In this document: piece after piece, positions 19,468-29,039 of the stretch
How the letters are laid out: every line of letters starts with the position of its first letter
Numbering within the stretch: the stretch's first letter is position 1
Assembly: GCA_038831915.1 (NCBI GenBank)
Contig: JAWBKB010000001.1
Coordinates: 32,001 to 96,000 of the forward strand
Reading direction: 5' to 3'
DNA: 64,000 bases
Origin: Candidatus Caldarchaeum sp.
GTDB taxonomy: Archaea > Thermoproteota > Nitrososphaeria_A > Caldarchaeales > Caldarchaeaceae
Notes under the pieces: model-generated
Told to the model about the DNA's origin: nothing
Seen by the model: only the letters and a program-made list of their open reading frames with translations
The model's database searches: none
Position numbers and translations under genes: made by a program

Positions 19468-20664
19468 ATGTTTTCCGACTTGGACGCTTTGATGGAAAAA
19501 TTTGAATGCGACACCTTGGTTGTTTACGGCGAATCGCCTTCCGCTTCTCCGGAGCTGGCTTATCTTGTCCGTGCTGCGATACCGCGCGGCGGTGTCTATG
19601 TGAAGAAAAGAGGCGTCGAGCCGTTGCTTGTTGTCGGCGGCCTCGACGTAGAATGCGCGAGAAAAGGCGTGGTAAAAACCGTCAAAACATACGCTGACTA
19701 CGGTTTGCGGGAGCTTCAACGAAGGTTTGGACCTGGACGGGCCTGGGCTGAGTTTATCGTAGCCGTGCTACGAACCGAAAAAGTAAGTGGAAATGTGATG
19801 CTGGCGGGGCGTAGCGACATGGCTCAAACGGTTTATCTCGTCGACTTCCTACGGCGCCGCGGTTTTCGCGTCATCGGCACACCAAAACCGTCAATACTCG
19901 ACCTTTGCCGCAGAACCAAAGATGAATGGGAAATCAAACGGATAAAAGAAGTGGGAAGAAAAACAGTTTCTGTCACGAGACGGCTGGAGCAAGTGTTTGA
20001 ACAGTCGAAAACCGTCGGCGGAAAAGTCTTGTATGATGGAAAGCCTCTGACAGAAACGGTTCTGAGGAAAATGATTCGCGCTTGGTGTGCGGAAGAGGGC
20101 CTCAACCTCGTCGAAGGGTTCATTCTCGCAGTTGGACAAGAATCAGCCGACCCACATTACGTAGATGAAAAAGATACACCGATTACAGAGGGAGTGCCGG
20201 TGATGTTCGACATTTATCCAGCCGATTCAACGGGATACCGCTACGACTTCACTCGAACCTACTGCGTCGGCACGCCCAAACCACTCCTCAGAAAAATGTT
20301 CCGGGACGTCTACGACGCCCAGCAAACTGCCTTCGATTTCATCCGAGAAAATATCCCATGTGAAACTCCGTTCATAAAGGTCTGCCAGCTACTGCGGTCT
20401 CGTGGATGGCCAACGCCTCTCGACAGAAAAGTGGGCAACCGAGGCTTTGTTCACGGCCTCGGTCACGGAATCGGGTTGACCATCGGTGAAGAGCCTTACC
20501 TCACACGCTATAACCGTGGCACGCTCACTTCGGGAGACGTGGTCACCGTCGAGCCCGGCCTATATGAGCCGGGTTTCGGCGGTGTCAGGCTCGAAGACGT
20601 TGTCGTTGTTTCGGGAAACAAATGCGAAATACTGGCGGAACATCGCAAACAGCTCGAATTCTAA
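19468..20664 (+). CDS. Xaa-Pro aminopeptidase family protein (M24B)
   Basis: All five metal ligands present: FDIYP, YDFTRT, GHGIG, EPG, RLED. Confidence 0.9.
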   Translation: MFSDLDALMEKFECDTLVVYGESPSASPELAYLVRAAIPRGGVYVKKRGVEPLLVVGGLDVECARKGVVKTVKTYADYGLRELQRRFGPGRAWAEFIVAVLRTEKVSGNVMLAGRSDMAQTVYLVDFLRRRGFRVIGTPKPSILDLCRRTKDEWEIKRIKEVGRKTVSVTRRLEQVFEQSKTVGGKVLYDGKPLTETVLRKMIRAWCAEEGLNLVEGFILAVGQESADPHYVDEKDTPITEGVPVMFDIYPADSTGYRYDFTRTYCVGTPKPLLRKMFRDVYDAQQTAFDFIRENIPCETPFIKVCQLLRSRGWPTPLDRKVGNRGFVHGLGHGIGLTIGEEPYLTRYNRGTLTSGDVVTVEPGLYEPGFGGVRLEDVVVVSGNKCEILAEHRKQLEF

Positions 20665-21461
20665 GAGATGTAAAGCCAGAGAGAGAAAGCTGCAAAAGCT
20701 CCGTAAAACGAGGCCAGTAAGTTGACCAAATCGTTGTTCACGTGTTTACTTCCCGAAATATACACTGTCGGCTGTCCGCAGTGTTTCTTGACTTCAACAC
20801 TTCTTCCACAAACCTTGCATACATACCGTGATTGAAACAAAGCACCGACAACGCTGTCAAACAAACTACCCGTAAAACCTGCAAAAACACACAGAGCAAC
20901 CAGCTCAACATTCCACAACGAACTTCCAAATATGAAGTCATACATTAGTACGGCAGCGGCCACGACAAACCCTGTCAAAAAACCAGCCAACAACCCAGGA
21001 ACGCTGACCGCCCCCGGAGTACCTGGCTTAGCAACTTTAAGCGAGTTAATCATCCGAGGCGGCTTCTTCGACAGAAGACCGATTTCAGTCGACATAGTGT
21101 CGGCGAAAACAGACGAAATTGCTCCGACGAACATCACGAAGAAGACAGTCGGTTCGTTGAGCAGGTAGCCGGCAGTTGCGAAAAACGCCGCAGCAGATCC
21201 ATTTGACAATACATTCGACCAAGTTCTAACACCACGACCAAATTCTCCATATTTTTCACGGTATCGGTAACGCGTGGTGACTCCGCCTACTATGAAGAAG
21301 ATCAATAGAAGAAGAAAATGAACCCGGCCACCCATGAGATAGATTACATATCCCACCGTTACCGCGGCCAAAACTCCTTTAACATCGAGAAAACGACCGA
21401 CCACGGCCACTAAACCAGCCAACCCGATGACAAACGTCGCCTCCAAAAAAAGCGAAAACAA
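20661..21461 (-). CDS. DUF92/TMEM19 membrane protein
   Basis: RTWSNVLSNG, ADTMSTEIG, GSLFDSVVGA, NDLVN motifs, plus CxxC..HCG insert. Confidence 0.88.
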   Translation of the reverse strand: MFSLFLEATFVIGLAGLVAVVGRFLDVKGVLAAVTVGYVIYLMGGRVHFLLLLIFFIVGGVTTRYRYREKYGEFGRGVRTWSNVLSNGSAAAFFATAGYLLNEPTVFFVMFVGAISSVFADTMSTEIGLLSKKPPRMINSLKVAKPGTPGAVSVPGLLAGFLTGFVVAAAVLMYDFIFGSSLWNVELVALCVFAGFTGSLFDSVVGALFQSRYVCKVCGRSVEVKKHCGQPTVYISGSKHVNNDLVNLLASFYGAFAAFSLWLYIS

Positions 21462-21467
21462 AGGTTG

Positions 21468-22733
21468 TCACTTCAGAAACTCTAATACTTTTTGAAGCGA
21501 ATCCGTTATCTGGGTTCTTGTCGTCAAATCGCGGACTGTGACCGTGCCGGTGTTTAACTCGTTTTCACCAACAACCGCAAGATACCTCACCCCTTTGATC
21601 ACAGCCGTTTCTATCGCGTCCGAAAGCCTTTTTCTCGAAACATCAACCCAAACACCGTAACCTTTTCGACGGAGTTCGTCAGCGACCTTCAAACCATACA
21701 CAGCAGCTCTATCGCTGACAATCGATAAAAAGACCGAAGGAGCGGCGAGATAATTAACTGGTTTAATCTTCATCAAATACATCTGGATACGCGTGATTCC
21801 TATCGAGCATCCAACCGCTGGAGTGCTCTGTCCGCCGAATAATTCGACCAAACCATCATACCGTCCTCCTCCGTTAAACGACAACGGCTCATCAGCTATC
21901 TTCTGCTCGAAAATCATGCCGGTGTAATATTCGAGCCCTCGTGCAAAGCCGAGGTCGACTTCCATCCTAAGCTGGTGATCTGTTTCGAAAATGTGTTCGA
22001 CAATTTGTTTAAGGTTTTCCAGCGACTCCGAAGCTTCGCGCCACGGAGAAACAACGTCGAAGGCTCGGTCGACAACTTTGAGATCGCCTCTTAACTCCAT
22101 TACCTCGCTGACCGCCTTCAAAGCCTCTGGTTCAAGATGATTCGACGCCAGTTCTAACGCCTCGGAAACAAGCTTACGGTCGATGTAGGACAAAATCATG
22201 TCTTGTGTTAGTTGGTCGGCTTTTCTCATTAAACCTCGTAGAACACCGACGTGACCAATCTTGAACTGAAAATCTTTTATCCCCAGCTTTTGAAACACGT
22301 CTCTACTGGCGAGAATGATTTCAACGTCGCTCAGTGGGTCTCTGCTGCCGAGAAGCTCTAAACCGCCCTGCCAAAACCTTCTCCTCCGCCCCCACTGTGG
22401 CTCGTCGTAACGGTAGCAGTCTGAGATGTATCCCAGACGGAGTGGAAGTGGTTTTCTCGAAAGCTTGGAAGCAACCAGCCGCGCTATCGAAGCGGTAACT
22501 TCGGGCCTGAGAACGAGTTTGCGGCCATGTGGGTCGTCGAACACAAACATCCTATGTCGAATTTCTTCACCGGACTTTGCTTCGAATAGTTCGAGATATT
22601 CGAGGGTGGGTGTTTCAACTTCCTCGTAGCCGTAAAGCCGGTAAACTTCGCGTATTACATCGACTATTTTCTGCTTGACCGCGAATTCTTCGGGAAGAAG
22701 GTCGTCCATTCCCCTCGGCGACTCAAACTTCAT
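21468..22733 (-). CDS. hisS: Histidine--tRNA ligase
   Basis: PRGMDD, LRPEVT, RGLEYYTG, GGGRYDGL and anticodon-binding domain. Confidence 0.95.
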   Translation of the reverse strand: MKFESPRGMDDLLPEEFAVKQKIVDVIREVYRLYGYEEVETPTLEYLELFEAKSGEEIRHRMFVFDDPHGRKLVLRPEVTASIARLVASKLSRKPLPLRLGYISDCYRYDEPQWGRRRRFWQGGLELLGSRDPLSDVEIILASRDVFQKLGIKDFQFKIGHVGVLRGLMRKADQLTQDMILSYIDRKLVSEALELASNHLEPEALKAVSEVMELRGDLKVVDRAFDVVSPWREASESLENLKQIVEHIFETDHQLRMEVDLGFARGLEYYTGMIFEQKIADEPLSFNGGGRYDGLVELFGGQSTPAVGCSIGITRIQMYLMKIKPVNYLAAPSVFLSIVSDRAAVYGLKVADELRRKGYGVWVDVSRKRLSDAIETAVIKGVRYLAVVGENELNTGTVTVRDLTTRTQITDSLQKVLEFLK

Positions 22734-22828
22734 CCACTACACCGCATCGACTTCAGCAGGCACTCTATTTAGCCGTTAATAACCAAGATGAATCATCCAT
22801 CAAATATATTATCGAGGATGGGGAAAAG

Positions 22829-23977
22829 ATGGTCATGGCTAATCGTTTCGGCCTCGCTGCAATCATGGTTGTTTTGGTTCTGCTGGCCGGGCTGAACGTC
22901 TATTTCGTCAACACAATCAGAGAAGAAAGTCTACGAATACGTGAAGCAGTGCAAATGGTTCACACAATAACGGTTGAGAAAACCGTTACACAGGTAGTGC
23001 AGGTGACCACAGCTGTGACGTTGACGGCCGGCAAAGCAAGCTACGCCGACATCTATGAAATGGTTAAGGATTCAGTTGTGCTTATCCGGGTTTCAGGTCC
23101 TGGCTTGCCTTCCCTCGGCTCCGGGTTTGTTTACGACACAGAAGGTCACATCGTCACAAACCATCACGTGGTTCGAGGAGCGGCCACGATTAGAGTTGTC
23201 TTCGCAAATGGAGACATGTACGCCGCTCGGATGGTCGGCACCGACGTTGACAGCGACCTCGCAGTCATTAAAATCGAAAATCCACCACCCAACCTAAAAC
23301 CTTTGAAGCTTGGTAATTCTTCTGCTCTCCGCATTGGCGAAGAAGTGTTAGCAATAGGCAATCCTTTCGGTCTCGAAGGCACAGTGACAGCGGGAATCGT
23401 CAGCCAGAAAGGCCGACTTCTACCAACCGGTAGAGGATACTCGATACCAGGAGTAATTCAAACCGACGCGGCGATCAACCCCGGCAATTCGGGAGGCCCT
23501 CTGCTGAACCTTTTAGGTGAAGTCGTCGGGGTCAACACAGCCATTGAGCCATCTGGAGTGGGAATAGGCTATGCGGTTCCATCATCCATAGTTAGCCGTG
23601 TCGTACCGTCGTTGATTGAAAAAGGCGTTTACAGGCGGAGCTGGATGGGCATCAACGGCATGACGCTTGACATGGACATAGCGGCTGCGGGAGGTTACGC
23701 TGTGAAGAAAGGTGTCCTGATCATTGAGGTCGTGGCGAACAGTCCTGCTCAAAAGGCTGGTCTCCGTGGAGGCGACCGAACCGTGGTGGTAAACGGTGTC
23801 CAAATCAGAGTCGGCGGAGATGTAATCATCAAGGTCAACGATTTCCCGATAAACAGCATCGACGACCTACTAACCTACATGGAGGAAAAAACAAGCCCAG
23901 GCCAAACCATCACGCTGACAATCGTCCGAAACACCCAGACACTCGAAATTCCGCTAACCCTCGAAACAAGGCCTTAA
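22829..23977 (+). CDS. htrA: Membrane-anchored HtrA/DegP-like serine protease with PDZ domain
   Basis: TNHHV, DLAVIK, DAAINPGNSGG motifs; N-terminal TM helix. Confidence 0.92.
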   Translation: MVMANRFGLAAIMVVLVLLAGLNVYFVNTIREESLRIREAVQMVHTITVEKTVTQVVQVTTAVTLTAGKASYADIYEMVKDSVVLIRVSGPGLPSLGSGFVYDTEGHIVTNHHVVRGAATIRVVFANGDMYAARMVGTDVDSDLAVIKIENPPPNLKPLKLGNSSALRIGEEVLAIGNPFGLEGTVTAGIVSQKGRLLPTGRGYSIPGVIQTDAAINPGNSGGPLLNLLGEVVGVNTAIEPSGVGIGYAVPSSIVSRVVPSLIEKGVYRRSWMGINGMTLDMDIAAAGGYAVKKGVLIIEVVANSPAQKAGLRGGDRTVVVNGVQIRVGGDVIIKVNDFPINSIDDLLTYMEEKTSPGQTITLTIVRNTQTLEIPLTLETRP

Positions 23978-24127
23978 ATACAGCAGGAAAAATCGTTTTC
24001 ACTCCGATTTATCAACGACTGCATAGCCATCTGTTGGCCAAGTTAGTGTAGTTTTGACACAGATGTATACGTGGCTTGGACGCGGCGAACCGTCAACGTC
24101 GAATATAGGAGGCTTCGTTGCAAAAAC

Positions 24128-24160
24128 TGCTTACAAACAAAGTTTTATACGTTGTAAGCA
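24128..24160 (+). promoter_or_regulatory. Inverted repeat TGCTTACAA-N15-TTGTAAGCA enclosing the TATA box of mmsA
   Basis: Perfect 9-bp arms at 24128-24136 and 24152-24160; TTTTATA at 24143-24149; ATG at 24173. Confidence 0.65.
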
Positions 24161-24172
24161 CCGCTTAGTCCT

Positions 24173-25657
24173 ATGTCTCATGGCGAGTTATGGAATGTTT
24201 TCTATGGCCGTCTCCAAAACTTCGTCAACGGCGAAATGATTGCTTCCCGTTCGGAGACGTGGCGTCCGGTTTACGACCCGGGGGCTGGCAGAGTGATCGG
24301 CGAAGTACCATATTCGACTCAGGAAGAAGTCGACGCGGCGGTTGAATCGGCGGCTGCTGCATTCGAGGAATGGAGCAGAAGACCGTTTCTGGAAAGAGTT
24401 CGTTATCTGTTTGAGATGAAACGGGTTATGGAGAACAGGTTTGAGGAAATCGTGGCTTTAAACACGTTGAACCATGGCAAAACTTTGGAAGAAAGCCGTG
24501 GAGATCTTCGGCGAGCTATTGAGAACATAGACGCAGCCATCGCGGCCGCATACACGCTTGCGAAAGGCGAAGTGATACATGAAATCGCCCCGAACATAGA
24601 TGAGCAAAGTGTCAGAGAGCCGTTGGGTGTTTTCGCAGTAATTACGCCGTTCAACTTCCCTGTGATGATTCCCTTCTGGTTTCTACCATATGCTATCGCG
24701 TTGGGCAACACCGTGGTTATCAAGCCCAGCGACATCACCCCCCTGCCGATGACAATGGTCGTCGACATACTGCATCGAGAGGTTAAGCTTCCCCCGGGAG
24801 TGGTCAACCTCGTTCACGGCGGAAAAGAAACAGCTGAAGCCTTGGTCAAACATCCAGAAGTAAAGGGAGTTTGCTTCGTCGGCTCGACACCCGTTGCTCA
24901 AAACATCTACAAACTGGCTGGAGAATACGGGAAAAGATGCATTGCGCAGGGCGGCGCCAAAAACTACATCGTGGTCATGCCGGACGCTGACATGGATGTA
25001 ACAATTCCCGCGGTCGTCTCCTCGTTCTTCGGAAACACGGGCCAAAGATGTCTGGCGGGAAGCAACCTACTCGTCGTAAACCAATCCTTTAAGGAAAAGT
25101 TTCTCACGAAATTCGCGACAAGGAGTAAACAGCTCGTTGTCGGCCACGGGTTGAGACAGGGTGTTGAAATGGGGCCGCTGGTCAGCTCCGCCGCGGTCAA
25201 AAGAGTCCGGTCATACGTGGATAAAGGTTTGGAAGAGGGCGCGGAGCTTGTGATCGACGGCCGAGAGGTTGCCGTCAAAGAATTTCCAAACGGGTTCTAC
25301 CTCGGGCCAAACATATTCGACGACGTAAGCCCTGACATGGTGATCGCCCAAGAGGAGATATTCGGGCCAGTAGCCTCCGTCATCACGTCAACCACACTCG
25401 ACGAAGCAATTGAAATCATCAACACCAAAACAGGGTACGGCAACATGGCCTGCATATTCACAACCAATGGCTCAAAAGCTTCAAAGTTCGCGAAAAGGGT
25501 GAACGCCGGAAATATCGGAATAAACATCGGCGTCGCGGCTCCAGCCGCGTACTTCCCGTTCGGCGGTAGACGAAACTCGTTCTACGGCGTCTTACACGGC
25601 CAAATAGATTCTGTCGATTTCTTCACAGACAAGAAAGTAATAATTTCGAGGTGGTAG
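24173..25657 (+). CDS. mmsA: CoA-acylating (methyl)malonate-semialdehyde dehydrogenase
   Basis: TPFNFP, FVGST, GGAKN, GQRCLA, EEIFGPV motifs and C-terminal SRW. Confidence 0.88.
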   Translation: MSHGELWNVFYGRLQNFVNGEMIASRSETWRPVYDPGAGRVIGEVPYSTQEEVDAAVESAAAAFEEWSRRPFLERVRYLFEMKRVMENRFEEIVALNTLNHGKTLEESRGDLRRAIENIDAAIAAAYTLAKGEVIHEIAPNIDEQSVREPLGVFAVITPFNFPVMIPFWFLPYAIALGNTVVIKPSDITPLPMTMVVDILHREVKLPPGVVNLVHGGKETAEALVKHPEVKGVCFVGSTPVAQNIYKLAGEYGKRCIAQGGAKNYIVVMPDADMDVTIPAVVSSFFGNTGQRCLAGSNLLVVNQSFKEKFLTKFATRSKQLVVGHGLRQGVEMGPLVSSAAVKRVRSYVDKGLEEGAELVIDGREVAVKEFPNGFYLGPNIFDDVSPDMVIAQEEIFGPVASVITSTTLDEAIEIINTKTGYGNMACIFTTNGSKASKFAKRVNAGNIGINIGVAAPAAYFPFGGRRNSFYGVLHGQIDSVDFFTDKKVIISRW

Positions 25658-25737
25658 CTGTCCCCCATCACTAACTCACCGCTTCATCGACGGGTGATGC
25701 ACCGTGTCTGCAGCGGAGCTTAAGGCATGATGGGGGC
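25656..25737 (-). ncRNA. Candidate H/ACA box pseudouridylation guide sRNA
   Basis: Minus strand: G-CCCCCAUCA-UGCCUUAAG-CUCCGCU-GCA-GA-C-hairpin-U-GA-AGCGGUGAG-UUAG-UGAUGGGGG-ACA. This gives a 9-bp basal stem, internal pocket, K-turn and ACA box. Confidence 0.8.
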
Positions 25738-25762
25738 ATACATAATAAATGCAAAGGTTGAT

Positions 25763-27421
25763 TTATTGTTGACGCTCGAAAAACTGCTGTAAAAATATCT
25801 CGAAGCAGGCGACTGGCATAGACAGTCCAATGTTCTCGAGAACTTTGGGTGAAACTTCGCCTGCGAAGCCAACCATTACGCCGTCGACGTTAATTGACGC
25901 ACAGCGGCCCGGTATGAAGATGCTTAACGAATACGGCGTGTACTCGGCTGTGTGGCCTATCATGTGTACAAGCTCGTCCACCGTGCTTTTCATCTCTGAG
26001 TATGATGCGTCGCTGTGGCATGTTGCCGCGGCAAGATGTTTTCTTCTAAATGTTTTTTCCGGTAGTGAGGGTTCGACGTGTATTACGTCGCCGATTTCGA
26101 AGATTTTCTGTGGATAGAGGTTGTCTTTGTTGAACGCGAGCGTTGACAGAACCGAGGGGGTGAGCAGAGTTCGAACCATGGTGTATTCGCGGGTCGCTGG
26201 GTTCGCCAGAGATACGTGGGGCTGTTCCTCCAGTTCCATGTGCTTGTAGTGCTGTGTCTCGTTCGTCAGCATGAGGTTGTGGACCTCTGTATAGCCTAGA
26301 CCGGTCATGATCTCGGCGGCTAATTCATAAAACTGCGTAGAGGGTAGAAGCTTTCCATAGGTGTTTGACTCTGGTTTTTGCGGAACCATGTTGTTGTAGC
26401 CGTATGCGATCGAAATGTCTTCGACGAGGTCGACTGGATGCATGATGTCGACGCGATACGCGGGATATCTTACCACGATTTTCCCATCCTTCACCCACCC
26501 ATCCAACCCCATTCTTCTCAGAAGCGAAACAGCCTGCCTGGCTGAAAGCGCGATACCTACAAGCTTCGAAGCAAGCCTGACATCAAGCTTGATCACGCCC
26601 TCCCTGAAATCAGGAGTGTAAACAGCTTTTCTTCCATAGACCACTTTTACATGCTGGACAGTTCCACCATGGTCGGCTAAAGCCGCCACAAGGATGTTCA
26701 GCGCTTGGTTGACTTTTTCCCATTCCGTCCCCGTTACGTCGATGAATATGTTTCTCCTGCCGGGGGTTAGCTCAGTTATGGCGGCGTTGACTATTGGCGG
26801 CATCGAAAAAACTTGGCCCTGTGAATCCACAATGACCGGTGCTTTTGGCTTATCTTTCAGGAGCCATGCGTGTTTGCGGCCGATTTCGCTTTTCTCCAAC
26901 ACCTCACCCGGCGTCATCGCTCTGTAATCTTTCAAAGGCACGAACTTCAGCTCGTCGAACCCAACGGCTTTATAGGTGAAAGGCGGCCTTATCGCTGCCA
27001 TGTCATGCAACCCAATCGCGGTTTTCCGCCTATTTCTTCCAATAATCCAGTGAAGGTCTTCCTGCATGGAAATGATGTCGATGAGGTCTTCTTCATCCAG
27101 CTTAACGTCCGAGACCACGGCGCAGGCGATGTAGGGCCTTATCGTCTGAACACTTGGGTCCACGAACATCGTTATTCTTGACTTGGTGAAAGAATACTTT
27201 GGTAGGCCGGTTTTGATTCCTAAGTAACTTCGTAGAGCCCGTGCAACTCCGTAAACGCTTGAGAAATCTGGTCTGTTGGGGTTGTATTCAACTCGGAGTA
27301 CGGAGTCCGTTTCTTCGACGCTCATACCGAGTTCGGCGATTTTTTCCGCGATTGTTTTGACGGGCATGTCTACGCCGAGAAGGCGTTTCATCTTTTCAAC
27401 ACGGATGTTTACAACCGGCAT
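25763..27421 (-). CDS. pheT: Phenylalanine--tRNA ligase beta subunit
   Basis: PNRPD, GRNRRKTAIGLHD, PAYRVDIMHPVDLVED motifs. Confidence 0.95.
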   Translation of the reverse strand: MPVVNIRVEKMKRLLGVDMPVKTIAEKIAELGMSVEETDSVLRVEYNPNRPDFSSVYGVARALRSYLGIKTGLPKYSFTKSRITMFVDPSVQTIRPYIACAVVSDVKLDEEDLIDIISMQEDLHWIIGRNRRKTAIGLHDMAAIRPPFTYKAVGFDELKFVPLKDYRAMTPGEVLEKSEIGRKHAWLLKDKPKAPVIVDSQGQVFSMPPIVNAAITELTPGRRNIFIDVTGTEWEKVNQALNILVAALADHGGTVQHVKVVYGRKAVYTPDFREGVIKLDVRLASKLVGIALSARQAVSLLRRMGLDGWVKDGKIVVRYPAYRVDIMHPVDLVEDISIAYGYNNMVPQKPESNTYGKLLPSTQFYELAAEIMTGLGYTEVHNLMLTNETQHYKHMELEEQPHVSLANPATREYTMVRTLLTPSVLSTLAFNKDNLYPQKIFEIGDVIHVEPSLPEKTFRRKHLAAATCHSDASYSEMKSTVDELVHMIGHTAEYTPYSLSIFIPGRCASINVDGVMVGFAGEVSPKVLENIGLSMPVACFEIFLQQFFERQQ

Positions 27422-27422
27422 C

Positions 27423-28994
27423 TCAAAGACCCCTCACAGCTTTGAACACTGTTAGCGGAGATGCTTTTCGAAGCCATGAAAGGTCGTTCAAATGAAAAGC
27501 TCTAATGTCATCCAAGCCGTAAATCACCATCGCGAGCCTTTCGAGCCCAAGCCCCCACGCCAGAACCGGGTCACGCACTCCGAAAGGATAAGTAGTTTCA
27601 GGCCTAAATATCCCAGAGCCTCCCAGCTCAAGCCATCGACCGCCAAGCTTAACCTCAACTTCCATCGAAGGCTCCGTGTACGGAAAATAGCTCGGCCTAA
27701 ACCGCACTTCCTTCAAACCCAGCCGCGCGTAGAAATCTTTCAAAACACCCATCAACATCCGTAGGTTTGCGTTCTTCTCGACGACGATCCCCTCTATTTG
27801 ATGAAATTCGGCTAAATGTTTCCAGTCGACTTTCTCGTTGCGGAAAATTCGGTCGACACAAAAGACTTTCACAGGATGTTTTTTGACTTTAGCGAGATGC
27901 CTGATCGTGGTAGCCGTAGTATGTGTACGGAGAAGAAGCTTCCGAGATTCTTCCACAGACCACTTGTACCTCCAGCCTCGCGAACCCGTATCACCGCCGT
28001 TTTCATGAACAGCTTTAACAGCGTCGACGAATTCCGCCGGCACATCCCCGACCCTTGGCTCCAACAGATAGAACGTGTCCTGCATCTCGCGGGCTGGATG
28101 GTCCTGCGGCTGGAAAAGAGCGTCGAAATTCCAGAACGCCAACTCCACTATAGGGCCTTCAATTTCTTCAAAACCCATCTCGACGTAAGCTTGCTTCACC
28201 ATCCGGATGACCGTGTTGAGCGGGTGCCGTTTCGCCGCAAAGACCGGTGGTGTCGGGGCTCTGACATCGTAAGCGCTTAGAACCACTTCACGCCACGCAC
28301 CAGTTTTAAGAAGCTCTGGACTGAGACGCGTCACCTCCGGAACAACCACAGCTGATAACTGTTCAGAAACACGACGCCCCTCTTCGGTCAAAAACACGTT
28401 TTTCACAGTCTTTTCAACAAGCTTAACAACCCGTTGCCTCCGCAACAGCTCGTCAACCAACTGCTTAACCGCGCCTGATTCAGGAATTTCCAACCCTTCC
28501 ACCTTGCTCAAAGATTTAAGAAAATCTTCCATGTCAGTTTTTTCAGGAACATCGTGTTTCAACACAACCAGCGTCGCTGAATTTTTCCTTACGAAATCAA
28601 TCCAGCCTCTTCGACGGGCCCACATCAATCCGATGTCATGCTTGTCCAACGCCTTCAACTCATCAACCGAAGCCGTGCCGCCTTTTTGACGGAGAAACTC
28701 GACAAGCCGTCTTTCCGGAAGCCCCGTCGTCAAATATTCGCGGCCTTCGAGGTCCAAGACAACGAACTTCTTCGGCTTGCTTTCCGTAATTTTGACAAGG
28801 TTTTTGTCGCTAAGCCATCCGCAAGCCTTCGCTACGGAGGAGATGCGGGCTTCTCTGTCATGATGCCAGTCTATTCTTTCTGATGGGACTATTTCTTTCA
28901 CTTTGTCGGCGACTTCCTCGAAAGTAGCTTCGCCCCCAAGCTCTCTTAAAGCGACCAAAACCGCTTTCTCAATCCAGTGAAGAACCGATGCCAT
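27423..28994 (-). CDS. pheS: Phenylalanine--tRNA ligase alpha subunit
   Basis: WNFDALFQPQDHPAREMQDTF, LRTHTT, YFPYTEPS, WGLGLERLAM. Start set at ATG 28994. Confidence 0.95.
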   Translation of the reverse strand: MASVLHWIEKAVLVALRELGGEATFEEVADKVKEIVPSERIDWHHDREARISSVAKACGWLSDKNLVKITESKPKKFVVLDLEGREYLTTGLPERRLVEFLRQKGGTASVDELKALDKHDIGLMWARRRGWIDFVRKNSATLVVLKHDVPEKTDMEDFLKSLSKVEGLEIPESGAVKQLVDELLRRQRVVKLVEKTVKNVFLTEEGRRVSEQLSAVVVPEVTRLSPELLKTGAWREVVLSAYDVRAPTPPVFAAKRHPLNTVIRMVKQAYVEMGFEEIEGPIVELAFWNFDALFQPQDHPAREMQDTFYLLEPRVGDVPAEFVDAVKAVHENGGDTGSRGWRYKWSVEESRKLLLRTHTTATTIRHLAKVKKHPVKVFCVDRIFRNEKVDWKHLAEFHQIEGIVVEKNANLRMLMGVLKDFYARLGLKEVRFRPSYFPYTEPSMEVEVKLGGRWLELGGSGIFRPETTYPFGVRDPVLAWGLGLERLAMVIYGLDDIRAFHLNDLSWLRKASPLTVFKAVRGL

Positions 28995-29039
28995 GTCCCG
29001 GTTTTTTGACAAAAAACTCGGTAAAAAATACAAACGAAG

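Noticed and set aside
22734-22828. Possible C/D sRNA between hisS and htrA (ATGATT...CTGA on the minus strand)
   Set aside because: C box is imperfect, no D'/C' boxes, and the interval is explained by divergent promoters.
25656-25737. Interpretation of the hairpin as a simple bidirectional terminator
   Set aside because: No U-tract follows the stem. The K-turn, ACA box and rRNA-complementary pocket are better explained by an H/ACA guide, although a terminator role is not excluded.
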